A DNA stretch of 64,000 bases from an uncultured delta proteobacterium. Its GTDB lineage: Bacteria > Myxococcota_A > Polyangia > Polyangiales > B10-G4. A program made the translations under genes and the position numbers. The notes beneath the pieces were generated by a model. The model worked only from the letters and a program-made list of their open reading frames with translations. It was not told the DNA's origin and did no database searches. The stretch is taken from NCBI GenBank assembly GCA_963727445.1, contig CAVSGI010000014.1:417832-481831 (forward strand), given 5' to 3'. Shown here piece by piece: positions 1 to 11,108 of the stretch; position 1 is the first letter of the stretch, and each line of letters begins with the position of its first letter.

Positions 1-536
1 CCGTCGTGCATGGGGTTTTCGAAGCTCGGGATGAAGATGCTGTAGAGCAGCTCCTTGGTCACCGCGGCGTCGAGCTCGGTCCCGGGCTCGAGGAACTCGT
101 CGAGCGACGCGCCACGCTCGAAGACGATGAGGGCGCCGACGCGCTTCTGCGCGAGCTGGGCGCTCGCCTTGATGACCTCCTCGAAGACGTGGGTGTCGCG
201 AGCGGTCGTGGTGGCGCGCCAGATCGGCCCCTGTCCCACGCGCATGAGCGCGCGCCGGATGTCGGCCTGGAAGATGACGACGACGATCAGCACGAGATAG
301 GTGACGACCGAGTCGAGGAGCGACCAGACCGTGACCAGACCGAGCCGCCGCGCCAGCTCGTAGACGAGGAAGACGAAGGCCAGGCCGATGCCCATCTGCA
401 TCGCGCGCGTGCCGCGCACCAGCACGAGGACGCGATAGATGACGAAGGTGACGAGGCCGATGTCGGCGAGGTCGAGGAGGATCGCGAGCGCGTCGCGGTT
501 GAAGAAGTCACGCAGGTTGGTGAGGAAGTCCCACAT
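1..536 (-). CDS. cdaA: Diadenylate cyclase CdaA/DacA (partial, runs off the window start)
   Basis: Not in the ORF track. Manual minus-strand translation from ATG at 536 gives [12 protein letters not shown]...LVRGTRAMQMGIG...VVIFQADIRRAL...KRVGALIVFER...LLYSIFIPSFENPMHDG: three N-terminal TM segments plus DisA_N motifs. The start overlaps the folP stop (TGATG). Confidence 0.9.
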   Translation of the reverse strand, partial: MWDFLTNLRDFFNRDALAILLDLADIGLVTFVIYRVLVLVRGTRAMQMGIGLAFVFLVYELARRLGLVTVWSLLDSVVTYLVLIVVVIFQADIRRALMRVGQGPIWRATTTARDTHVFEEVIKASAQLAQKRVGALIVFERGASLDEFLEPGTELDAAVTKELLYSIFIPSFENPMHD

Positions 537-1399
537 CAGGTGGCCCCCCGCATGGCCTGCCCGAGGAGCACTGCCTGACGCATGGTGGCGACGTCGTGGA
601 CGCGCACCGCGTGAGCGCCGCCCATCACCGCCGCGGTCACCGTCGCCGCGGTTCCGCCGATGCGCGCTTCGGGCGGTGGACGCTCGCCGCTCGCCGTCGG
701 CGCGGTCTCGGCGATGAAGGACTTGCGGCTCGTGCCCACCAGCACCTTGTACCCGGTGGCGACCAGCGTCCTTGGTGTGCGCGACGAGGGTGATGCTCTG
801 CCGAGCGGTCTTCGCGAAGCCGATGCCGGGATCGATCCGAATCCGTTCGCGCGAGACCCCGGCGCGAATCGCGCGCGAGGCTTTCTCCTCGAGCTCCCGG
901 ATGACATCGGCCACGACGTCAACGATACGCCGTGTTCGGTCCTGAAATCTCCCCCCGACCGCGATTGTGCATCAAGACCAGCTCGGCCCCGGTCTCGGCC
1001 ACGGCCGTCAGAAGGTCGGGGTCCTCTCCGCCGGAGACGTCGTTGACGATGGCGGCGCCGGCCAAGAGGGCGCGACGGGCGACCTTCCCCTTCACCGTGT
1101 CGACCGAGACCCGGGCCCCGTGGTCTGCCACCAGACGCTCGATCACCGGCACCACCCGGCGGATCTCCTCCTCGGCGGGGACCCTCTCGGCGCCGGAGCC
1201 ATAGGCCCGACCGGCAGGCCGTGAGGACTCCGCCACCGACGTCGATCACGTCGGCGCCGTCCGCGAGCATGGACGAAGCGTGCCGAGCCGCGCGCTCCGG
1301 GTCCAGAAAGCGCCCCCCATCACTGAAGGAGTCGGGGGTCACGTTCAGGACGCCCCAGACCTCGCAACGGCTAGCGAAGCGTGACTCCCCCCCTTGCAC
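536..1399 (-). CDS. folP: Dihydropteroate synthase (apparent frameshifts near 1235, 925 and 770)
   Basis: [20 protein letters not shown](ES)[33 protein letters not shown] and AVRVHDV are distributed over three frames. Confidence 0.93.
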   Translation of the reverse strand: MQGGESRFASRCEVWGVLNVTPDSFSDGGRFLDPERAARHASSMLADGADVIDVGGGVLTACRSGLWLRRREGPRRGGDPPGGAGDRASGGRPRGPGLGRHGEGEGRPSRPLGRRRHRQRRLRRRGPRPSDGRGRDRGRAGLDAQSRSGGDFRTEHGVSLTSWPMSSGSSRRKPRARFAPGSRANGFGSIPASASRRPLGRASPSSRTPRTLVATGYKVLVGTSRKSFIAETAPTASGERPPPEARIGGTAATVTAAVMGGAHAVRVHDVATMRQAVLLGQAMRGAT

Positions 1400-1409
1400 T
1401 CCCTCCCCC

Positions 1410-3352
<1,943 letters not shown>

Positions 3353-3502
3353 GGGGAGAAACCTTCGATCACGAGGGATCTAGCTAGCATATGCCCTTTG
3401 GGCGGGGCAATCCGGCGGCAGTGACATCGAGGGGCTGGGAGCTTCCTCGGTGCCCTCATTCCCCTTCGATTTGGGGATCCTGGGCCCTGTCGTCCAGGCT
3501 TT

Positions 3503-4489
3503 TCATGCTTCTTCATAAATCACGATCAGGGCCTCGGCCTCTCGGCGAAGGGTCTGGCGCTCGGAGAGCCGGACCTCGGCTTCGGGTCCGACCAGGCCCC
3601 GCACCATCTCATCGACGGCGACGAGGTGGCTCCTCTTGGGTGATCGACCGGTGACGTCTTCGAGAAATTGGCGGATCGCGGCCCGGCGGGGGGCCGGCTC
3701 GGCGCGGGCGAGCGGCGCGATCGCCAATCTCCCCTCCCGTTCGGCTTCGGCCCGCAGGCGCGCGCCCGCGGCGCGGACCAGCAGCTCCGTGGCCCGGGCG
3801 TCGTCGGCGAGGTCGGCCAGGTGGTCCACGATCCGCGGATCCTCGGCCTCGAGCGCGGGCAGGATCGACGTGCGGATCCGCACCCGACGATAGCGCGGGT
3901 CCTCGTTGCTCGGGTCGGCGGCGAAGTCGAGGTGGTGATGCGCGAGGTGCGCCCGCACCTCCGCCCGGCGCACGTCGATCAGCGGCCGGATCACGCCGTC
4001 CTCGCGGCTCGCCGCGATGCCGCCCAGACCCGTGACCGAGGCGCCGCGAAAGAGGCGCTCGAGCACCGTCTCGGCCTGGTCGTCCCGGGTATGTCCCACC
4101 GCGACGTGGCTGGCGCCACGCGTCTCGGCCAGACGGAAGAGCGCCTCGTAGCGAGCGTCGCGTGCCTCCGCCTGAAGGGAGCCGCTCTTCGGCACCTCGA
4201 CCTTCGCCATGGCGAGAGGCAGCGCGAGGCGCTCGGCCAGCGCCTTCACCAAGGCGATCTCCGCCGACACCTCGCGCAGGCCGTGATCGACCACGGCGAG
4301 GGTCAGGGAGAGCCGCAGGGGCTCGGCCAGGCGGCTCAGGACGTGGGCCATCGCCACCGAATCGGGACCGCCCGAGCAGGCCACGATCACCCGCTCGTCA
4401 CCGCGGAGGAGCCCCCGCCGCTGGATGGTCTGTCGGACGCGGCTGACGATCACGGAGCAAAGGTGTCCGAGGCCGATGGAGGGCGCCAC
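3503..4489 (-). CDS. tilS: tRNA(Ile)-lysidine synthase (start approximate)
   Basis: C-terminal part of ORF 3503..5680: ACSGGPDS PP-loop, VDHGLR, ARDARY, GHTRDDQAET, IRPL, DPSN...RVRIR. Lies upstream of ftsH as is common. Confidence 0.93.
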   Translation of the reverse strand: MAPSIGLGHLCSVIVSRVRQTIQRRGLLRGDERVIVACSGGPDSVAMAHVLSRLAEPLRLSLTLAVVDHGLREVSAEIALVKALAERLALPLAMAKVEVPKSGSLQAEARDARYEALFRLAETRGASHVAVGHTRDDQAETVLERLFRGASVTGLGGIAASREDGVIRPLIDVRRAEVRAHLAHHHLDFAADPSNEDPRYRRVRIRTSILPALEAEDPRIVDHLADLADDARATELLVRAAGARLRAEAEREGRLAIAPLARAEPAPRRAAIRQFLEDVTGRSPKRSHLVAVDEMVRGLVGPEAEVRLSERQTLRREAEALIVIYEEA

Positions 4490-4522
4490 AAGGGATTGCC
4501 CGCCCTCTGATATGCTTCGCCC

Positions 4523-5881
4523 GTGCCGCGCGGGCTCCTTCGCTTCTGCCTCTTCATGCTTCTCGTTCCGCTCCTCGCCGGGGCGGGCCCGGACTACGTG
4601 GGTTGCGGTGGTGGGCCCGAGAGCGTTCCGAGCGGTGGCGCGCCGCTGCCCGAGGCCACGGACGCGTGCACGGTCGACGCCGATTGTCCCGCGGACGCCT
4701 GCGCCCAGCTGCGCTGCATCGCCGGCGTGTGCACCGAGGTCGCACCGATGATCGACGAGGACGGCGATGGCGACGCGCCGCCCCCTTGCGGCACCGACTG
4801 CGACGACACCCGCCCCGAAGTGGGGGGCGGCTTCGGTGAGGTGTGCGACGGACTCGACAACGACTGCAACATGCTGGTGGACGACGGGGCGTCCCGCGTC
4901 GACCGCGTCTTCCCCGTCCCGAACGCAGACCCCACCTCCATCGTCGTCCCCTGGGGTGACCGCTTCCTGTTGACCGATACCACCCGCGTCGCGGTCTTCG
5001 GCAGCACTGTCACCCTGGGAGGCGAGGTCTCGCGGCCCTTCGAGCTCCAGCGCCTGGTGCGCGGCGCTGCGTTTCGTGCCATCGCCGGCGCAGCCGCCGC
5101 GGACGGGCGCGTGCTCTTCGTGACCCTCACCGACGATTCGCTTCTGCGCTATCTGGTGGTGCAACCCGACGGCGAGGGCATCACGGTGGTCGATGGGCCG
5201 GCGGATCTCGACAGTGGCCTGGTGGACATCCAGGCGATCGACGTCATCCCCTTCGGAGCGGACTGGGCCATCGGCATCTCGGGACGGTCCGACATCACCG
5301 CCCAGCGCGTGGTGATGACAGCGCTCGACGCGCCGCCGCCCATCGTCCTCGACGTCGCCGCGACCGGCACCCTCTCCTTCGCGGTTGCGACCGACGGGAC
5401 GCACCTCGTCGTGCCCGACACCGAGGATGGTCTGCACTTCTTCCTGCCCACCGGCGAAGAGGATGTGGGCTTCACCCTCCCAGGCCTCGGCATGGCGCGA
5501 CACCCGCTCGCCTCCTGGTCGGGCGCGGTGGTCGCGGTCGTGGCGGACGCCTTCGACTACAACATCGGCTTCGTCGATTCGGTCATCGGCCTCGGCGGCG
5601 TCGAGCCCGCGCCCTTCGGCGACATGAGCGACGACATCTACGTCCACAGCGCGGGCGAGCGGGTGCTGGTCTCGCGCCACTCGACCGTGGGCTCACAGAC
5701 GCGCGTGCAGGCGATCCAGAGCGACCTGTCGACCTACGACGGAGAGGCGCTGCTGTTGACCGACGCCATGGGCGCGGCGACCCAGAGCGTGAGCGTGGCC
5801 ATGTCGGACCTCGCCATCGGCGTGGGCGGCGGCAACACCAGCGGCGGCGCGGTGGGCGTGCTCCGCGCTTGCGCGCCCTGA
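4523..5881 (+). CDS. Secreted/lipoprotein with a MopE-related putative metal-binding motif
   Basis: Hydrophobic N-terminus followed by VGCGGG; Cys-rich CTVDADC module; DEDGDG...DCDD...EVCDGLDNDCNMLVDD resembles the Cu-binding_MopE repeat; beta-rich C-terminal region. Confidence 0.65.
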   Translation: MPRGLLRFCLFMLLVPLLAGAGPDYVGCGGGPESVPSGGAPLPEATDACTVDADCPADACAQLRCIAGVCTEVAPMIDEDGDGDAPPPCGTDCDDTRPEVGGGFGEVCDGLDNDCNMLVDDGASRVDRVFPVPNADPTSIVVPWGDRFLLTDTTRVAVFGSTVTLGGEVSRPFELQRLVRGAAFRAIAGAAAADGRVLFVTLTDDSLLRYLVVQPDGEGITVVDGPADLDSGLVDIQAIDVIPFGADWAIGISGRSDITAQRVVMTALDAPPPIVLDVAATGTLSFAVATDGTHLVVPDTEDGLHFFLPTGEEDVGFTLPGLGMARHPLASWSGAVVAVVADAFDYNIGFVDSVIGLGGVEPAPFGDMSDDIYVHSAGERVLVSRHSTVGSQTRVQAIQSDLSTYDGEALLLTDAMGAATQSVSVAMSDLAIGVGGGNTSGGAVGVLRACAP

Positions 5882-5884
5882 CGC

Positions 5885-8077
5885 TCAGCCGCCCTCGGCG
5901 GGCGCGTCGTCTTCCGCATCACCATCGCCTGCGGCGGCGTCGTCGACCACCACCAGCCGGCCCGCCTCGCCGTCCCACTGGAAGAACTCGCGCCGTCCGT
6001 CGGCGTGACGGATGCGGATCGGGAAGTATCCCGCCTCCCCTTCGGCGTCGTGTTGGAGTCGCACGGCGAAGGACGCGCGCCGGCCCCGCGGCAGCTCCTG
6101 GCTCGAAGGCACGGTGGCCTCGAAGATCGGGCGGTCGTGGCCAACGCGATAGCCGGTCCAGGTCTCCAGCCCCTCGCGATGGGGCGCTGGTCCCTGCTGC
6201 CAAGCGATGAAGACGAGGGTGTCGCCTCCCGTATCCTCGGTCTCGGTGGTGAGCACGTCCACCACCCAGCCGGAGATGGGAACCACGAGCTCGGGCGTGA
6301 GCGCGCAACCGGCGTCCCGGCGAAAGACGCCCACGATCGATCGCGAATGGCCGGGATCGCGGGAGACGCCGAGGAAGCCGTCCTGACCGAGGCCGTCGCG
6401 GCGTAGCCTCAGTCGCGCGAGCACCGTGTCCCCGTAGAACGCCTGAGGATCGGTCGCGGACAGGTCGGAGACCACCTGCTCCGTCTCGGGGAGGCATCCG
6501 GAGTCGCGCTCGAGGAAGCGCGAAGCCGACCAGCCGAGGTGATGCTGCGACGGGATGACGTACATCCACGACCCGCTCGCGCCGAGCTTCGACTCCTGTC
6601 CCTCCACATGCCCGGTGAGGCCCACCACCACGGTGCCGCGCGGCAGGGTGCGGATCAGCTCGGCGCGCGGGTCGGGCGCGCTACGCACGTTGAGCGAGAC
6701 CGAGGTTCGATAGATCTCGGGCGCGAGGGCGTACTCGATGGATCCGTCCCAGTCGATCGCCGCCGACCCCATGCGGGCGGCCATCGTTCTCGCCGCCGAA
6801 GCGCTCACGTAGGCGAGCGAGATCGCGATCCACCCGCCCTCCCCGGCCTCCTCGATGAAGCGGACGCCTTCGCGGGTCGGGCCCTCGGGCACGTTGCGGA
6901 AGCGTGCGGCGAGCTGCGGAAGGTCGTCCGGCCCGGCGATGCGATGCATGCCGCCGACGACCTCGTTCGCAGCGTCCCCGCCATCGAGAGGCACGACCGT
7001 CAGGCCGGCGTCCACCGGATCGCCCGAGGGCGGGGGCCACATGAAGAAGGCGGCCGCACCGGCGGCCAGGACCAGCGCCGCAAAGAGGGTGATCATCCCG
7101 CCGAAGCGCAGGGAGGACGACTTGCGCTTGGTCACGGGCGTCGCCAGGGGCGGCCGACGCGGGCTGTCGTCGAACGCGGTCGGCGCGGTCGCCGATACGT
7201 CGCGCGGCGTGACGCGCAGGCTCTCGCCGCCAGCGACGGAAGCCATGAGCGCCCGACGCATCTCGCTCGCGTCGGCGAATCGGTCGTCGGGCAGACGCGA
7301 GAGCGCCCTTCGCACGACGTCGACGAGCGGGCGCGGAACATCGGGGCGGAGCTCTCCCAAATCGATGGGCTCGTCCGCGACGATCGACGCGATCACCGCC
7401 GACGCGCTCGGACCTTCGAAGGGACGCCGGCCAGCGATGGCCTCGTAGAGGATCACGCCCACGCTGAAGAGGTCCGCGCGATGGTCGATGTGCTTCGCGC
7501 TCCGTACCTGCTCCGGCGACATGTAGTAAGGCGTGCCGAGGAACTGATGCGTCTGGGTCAGACTCGGCAGCGGCTTGCCGTCCGCGTCCTGCGTGATGCT
7601 GCGCGCGAGCCCGAAGTCGAGGACCTTCACCACGGTCTTGTTGCCGAGGCGCGCCAGGAAGAGATTTCCGGGTTTGAGGTCGCGATGGATGATCCCCGCC
7701 TCGTGCACGACGGCGAGGCCGTCGAGGGCTTCGGCGAGCCACCCGACGACCTCCTCGAGGGTCGGCGGCGGCAGGATCTCCAGGCGCTCCTCCAGGCTCA
7801 TCCCGTCGAGGAGCTCCATCACCAGGTAGAGCTCCCCTTCGGGGCTCACGCCCGAGTCGAGCACCTCCACCACGTTCGGATGTCGCACGCTCGCTGTGTG
7901 CTGCGCCTCGCGCTTGAAGCGCTCGGCGCCGGTCTCGCTCGAGACCTCGGGGCGAATGACCTTGACCGCGACGTCGGTGCCGTCACGGGTGTCGGTGGCA
8001 CGATAGACCGCACCCATGCCGCCGGCGCCGATGCGCTCGCGAAGCTCGTACCGGCCGCCTATGGGAGCCGCTCCCAT
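5885..8077 (-). CDS. Membrane Ser/Thr protein kinase with extracytoplasmic SH3b-like domain
   Basis: GAGGMGAVY, VAVKVI, HRDLKPGN, DFG, GTPYYMSPEQ; a TM segment; LNVRSAPD...LPRGTVV...W...GW SH3b-like motif. Confidence 0.9.
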   Translation of the reverse strand: MGAAPIGGRYELRERIGAGGMGAVYRATDTRDGTDVAVKVIRPEVSSETGAERFKREAQHTASVRHPNVVEVLDSGVSPEGELYLVMELLDGMSLEERLEILPPPTLEEVVGWLAEALDGLAVVHEAGIIHRDLKPGNLFLARLGNKTVVKVLDFGLARSITQDADGKPLPSLTQTHQFLGTPYYMSPEQVRSAKHIDHRADLFSVGVILYEAIAGRRPFEGPSASAVIASIVADEPIDLGELRPDVPRPLVDVVRRALSRLPDDRFADASEMRRALMASVAGGESLRVTPRDVSATAPTAFDDSPRRPPLATPVTKRKSSSLRFGGMITLFAALVLAAGAAAFFMWPPPSGDPVDAGLTVVPLDGGDAANEVVGGMHRIAGPDDLPQLAARFRNVPEGPTREGVRFIEEAGEGGWIAISLAYVSASAARTMAARMGSAAIDWDGSIEYALAPEIYRTSVSLNVRSAPDPRAELIRTLPRGTVVVGLTGHVEGQESKLGASGSWMYVIPSQHHLGWSASRFLERDSGCLPETEQVVSDLSATDPQAFYGDTVLARLRLRRDGLGQDGFLGVSRDPGHSRSIVGVFRRDAGCALTPELVVPISGWVVDVLTTETEDTGGDTLVFIAWQQGPAPHREGLETWTGYRVGHDRPIFEATVPSSQELPRGRRASFAVRLQHDAEGEAGYFPIRIRHADGRREFFQWDGEAGRLVVVDDAAAGDGDAEDDAPAEGG

Positions 8078-8107
8078 CGCCGGCTACGGTATCACCGACG
8101 GCTCGGT

Positions 8108-8758
8108 TCAGAACGCGCCGGTGACGACCGGGACGTGGACCTCGGTCGTCTGTCCACCGCCGTAGCGGGCAGCTTCCTGGGCGGTGATGTTGGGGCGCAC
8201 CGAGACGGCCGGGACGCCCAAGCTCACCTCTTCGCTGCCGAGGTGGAGCAGGCCCCCACCCGCGAGCGCGCGCTCGTGCGCGCGTCTGCGCGCGGATTCA
8301 TCGGAAGTCTCGGCGTCCTGGAACTCGTCCGAGTAATCGCCGTCCTCACCGCCGCCCTCGTCCGCTTCGTCTCCGGGGTCGTAGCTCGTGAAGGCGAGGG
8401 TCAGCACCAGCGAGGGAATGATCAGGGCGATCCCGACGGCGAGCATCGCGACGCCGGCCTCGGGGCTGTTGGGCTGGTCGAAGGCGAAGTAGCCACCGAC
8501 GGCGCCGCCACCGCCGAGCACCAGGGGGAAGACGACGAAGGCCCACGCATCATGGAGACCGATCACCGCGGGCAGCACGAAGCCCAGCTCGGCGCCGATG
8601 AGGCCGAGGCCGACGGCGCCTTTCGGCGTCGATTGCACCTGCGTGCAGGGATCGGCGCCGCACATCTGGGCATGGGCGACCTGTTGGGTGAAGGTGGCGC
8701 TCCCGATGAGGAGCGCTGCCGCGAGACCTGCGGCAAATCCAATCTGTTTGAAGGCCAA
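8108..8758 (-). CDS. Hypothetical membrane protein with signal peptide
   Basis: ORF with an AHA signal cleavage site, about three Gly-rich hydrophobic segments and an acidic linker; GGAGG upstream on the minus strand. Confidence 0.7.
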   Translation of the reverse strand: MAFKQIGFAAGLAAALLIGSATFTQQVAHAQMCGADPCTQVQSTPKGAVGLGLIGAELGFVLPAVIGLHDAWAFVVFPLVLGGGGAVGGYFAFDQPNSPEAGVAMLAVGIALIIPSLVLTLAFTSYDPGDEADEGGGEDGDYSDEFQDAETSDESARRRAHERALAGGGLLHLGSEEVSLGVPAVSVRPNITAQEAARYGGGQTTEVHVPVVTGAF

Positions 8759-8863
8759 AGCCCCCTCCTCGTGTGCGCTGACGCCATCGGACCCTACACG
8801 GGGGTCAGGTGGGCGGCAACACGTTCGGTGCCATCTCGCCTGCGAAGATTCACCACAAACGGC

Positions 8864-8905
8864 TTGACCCGGCCCGGAGCCGAGATTTATTTAGCGTGCG
8901 AAATA
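8864..8905 (+). promoter_or_regulatory. Candidate promoter and MarR operator
   Basis: TTGACC at 8864-8869, then an AT-rich imperfect 18-bp palindrome TATTTAGCGTGCGAAATA (8888-8905) just before the MarR ATG. Confidence 0.5.
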
Positions 8906-8914
8906 TCTTCACCC

Positions 8915-9391
8915 ATGGGACCCAGCAAGAAAGACACGGACCGCATCGTCGAGGCGATTCTGTACCTGTATACAGAGGGTCGCCGGGTGACGAAGGAGAT
9001 CGCGCGCCACTATGGGCTCACCGGGCCACAGGTCACGGCGGTGAAGATGCTGGAGAGCCTGGGCGACCTCTCGCTGTCGGCGCTCTCCGAGCGGATGAGC
9101 GCGAAGAACTCGACTGTCACCGGCATCGTCGACCGGATGGAGCGCGACGGCCTGGTGCAGCGGGTGCGGAGCGAGAGCGACCGGCGGGTGGTGCTCATCC
9201 GCCTGACCGAGGAGGGGGCGGCGCTGGCGGCGAAGATCCCCCTCGAGTCGATGCAGATCTTCACGACCGCGCTCGCGTCGCTCACGGCGGGCGAACGGGA
9301 AGAGCTCACCAGATTGCTCCTCAAGGTCACCGACCGGGTGGCCATAGAGGTCGAGGCCGCGGAGGCGCGGGTCCTCGGAGAGGGAGGCTGA
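8915..9391 (+). CDS. MarR family transcriptional regulator
   Basis: C-terminal part of ORF 6539..9391: GLTGPQ...LSLSALSE...NSTVTGIVDRMERDGLVQR...DRRVVLIRLTEEG winged-HTH motif. Confidence 0.92.
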   Translation: MGPSKKDTDRIVEAILYLYTEGRRVTKEIARHYGLTGPQVTAVKMLESLGDLSLSALSERMSAKNSTVTGIVDRMERDGLVQRVRSESDRRVVLIRLTEEGAALAAKIPLESMQIFTTALASLTAGEREELTRLLLKVTDRVAIEVEAAEARVLGEGG

Positions 9392-9392
9392 G

Positions 9393-10322
9393 ATGGCGTA
9401 CGACGACAAGGTGGTGCTGACCTGCGCGCTGAGCGGCGTCCTGGCGACCCGCAAGCAATGCCCGGGCATCCCCTACACGCCCGAAGAGATCGCCGAGGAG
9501 GCGAAGCGCGCGTACGACGCGGGCGCCTCGGTGGTGCACATCCACGCGCGTAACGACGACGGCTCACCGACCTTCGAGCCCGCCGTCTTCGCGAAGATCA
9601 AGGACGAGATCCGCAAGCGCTGCCCGATCATCCTGAACTTCTCGACGGGCACCATCGTCGACGACGTCAGTCAGCAGATCGAATACATCAAGGCGTCGAA
9701 GCCCGAGATCGCGGCCCTCAACATGGGCACGATGAACTACTCGAAGTACTCCAGGAGCCGAAAGCAGTTCGTCTTCGACATGGTCTTTCCGAACACCTAC
9801 GCGAAGATCACCAAGCTGCTCGAGGTGATGAACGAAGTGGGGGTCAAGCCCGAGCTCGAGTGCTTCGACACGGGGCACACCCAGGGCACCTGGCCGCTCT
9901 ACGACATGGGCCTGTTGAAGGCGCCCGTGCAGTACAGCTTCATCGTGAACGTGCTCGGCGGCGTGCCCGCCGAGGTGGAGTCGTTGCAGCTCCAGCGTCA
10001 GATCGCGGGGCAGGTGGCGCCGGCGGGCGGCTGGGACTGGGAGGTGATCGGGATCAGCCACTGCCATTGGCGGATGCTGGCGAGCGCGCTGGTGCTGGGG
10101 GGCAACATCCGGACGGGTCTCGAGGACCACTTGTATCTGCCCAGCGGCGAGATGGCGTCGTCGAACGGTGAGATGTGCGAAGCGGCGGCGACGCTGATCC
10201 GCCACACGGGGCGAGAGCCGGCGACGGTCGAGGAGGCGCGCAAGCTCCTGCATCTCGATCAGGTCGAGGCGGGCCGGCAGGCCGCCATCGACGTGGGCCA
10301 CGCATCCGCCGGGCAGGCCTGA
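9393..10322 (+). CDS. Beta-keto acid cleavage enzyme (BKACE/DUF849, Kce-like)
   Basis: LTCALSG, PYTPEEIAEEA, HIHAR zinc motif, NFSTG, KPELECFD, NIRTGLED. Confidence 0.9.
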   Translation: MAYDDKVVLTCALSGVLATRKQCPGIPYTPEEIAEEAKRAYDAGASVVHIHARNDDGSPTFEPAVFAKIKDEIRKRCPIILNFSTGTIVDDVSQQIEYIKASKPEIAALNMGTMNYSKYSRSRKQFVFDMVFPNTYAKITKLLEVMNEVGVKPELECFDTGHTQGTWPLYDMGLLKAPVQYSFIVNVLGGVPAEVESLQLQRQIAGQVAPAGGWDWEVIGISHCHWRMLASALVLGGNIRTGLEDHLYLPSGEMASSNGEMCEAAATLIRHTGREPATVEEARKLLHLDQVEAGRQAAIDVGHASAGQA

Positions 10323-11104
10323 TGGAGGACCGCGGCTATCACACGATCACGGCAGCCGGGGACGGGCCGGTCGCGACGATCACGCTGAACGTGCCGGAGC
10401 GGAAGAACCCGCTTGGGCCGCTGATGGTCAACGAGCTGCTCTGGGCCTTCGACGACGCCAAGGAGGACGACGGGGTCCGGGTGGTGGTGCTCACCGGCGC
10501 GGGCGAGGCCTTCAGCGCGGGCGGAGACCTGAAGCAGATGGGCGGGGGCGACGGGCCGACGCTCGAGCCGAAGGGCGACTACGTCGACTTATTGAAGCGC
10601 TTCACGAAGCTCGGCAAGCCCACCATCGCGCGCATCCCTGGCTACGCGATGGGCGGTGGGCTCGGGCTGGTGGCGGCGTGTGACTTCGCCGTGGCCTGTG
10701 AGAGCGCAGTGATGGGGACGCCCGAGGTGAGGCGGGGGCTGTGGCCGATGATGATCATGGCGGTGCTCAGGCGCGTGGTACCGCGGCGCAAGCTCCTGAA
10801 CATGATGCTCCTCGGCGAAAAGCTGAGCGCGCACGAAGCGCTCGCGTGCGACCTCGTGAGCCACGTCGTGCCCGACGCGGAGCTGGACGCCGCGGTGTCG
10901 GAGCTCGCGGCCAAGCTCGCGGCGCAGAGCCCGACGGCGATGCGCATGGGCTTGCTCGCGTATCACCGCATGTGCGACCAGACGCTCGAAGACGCGCTAC
11001 CCGAGCTTCGCGATCAGCTCTTCCAGCTCCTCGGCACCGAGGACGCGCAGGAGGGGCTCCGCGCGTTCTTCGAAAAGCGCGAGCCCGTCTGGACCGGGAA
11101 GTGA
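10322..11104 (+). CDS. Enoyl-CoA hydratase/isomerase (crotonase) family protein
   Basis: ATG overlaps the previous stop; FSAGGDL, AMGGGLGL, TPEVRRG, EDAQEGLRAFFEKREPVW. Confidence 0.92.
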   Translation: MEDRGYHTITAAGDGPVATITLNVPERKNPLGPLMVNELLWAFDDAKEDDGVRVVVLTGAGEAFSAGGDLKQMGGGDGPTLEPKGDYVDLLKRFTKLGKPTIARIPGYAMGGGLGLVAACDFAVACESAVMGTPEVRRGLWPMMIMAVLRRVVPRRKLLNMMLLGEKLSAHEALACDLVSHVVPDAELDAAVSELAAKLAAQSPTAMRMGLLAYHRMCDQTLEDALPELRDQLFQLLGTEDAQEGLRAFFEKREPVWTGK

Positions 11105-11108
11105 GAGC

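Noticed and set aside
6539..9391. 950-aa ORF ending in a MarR domain (and similarly the 725-aa ORF ending in TilS)
   Set aside because: The upstream parts are antisense shadows of real genes in high-GC DNA; only the C-terminal portions are credible.
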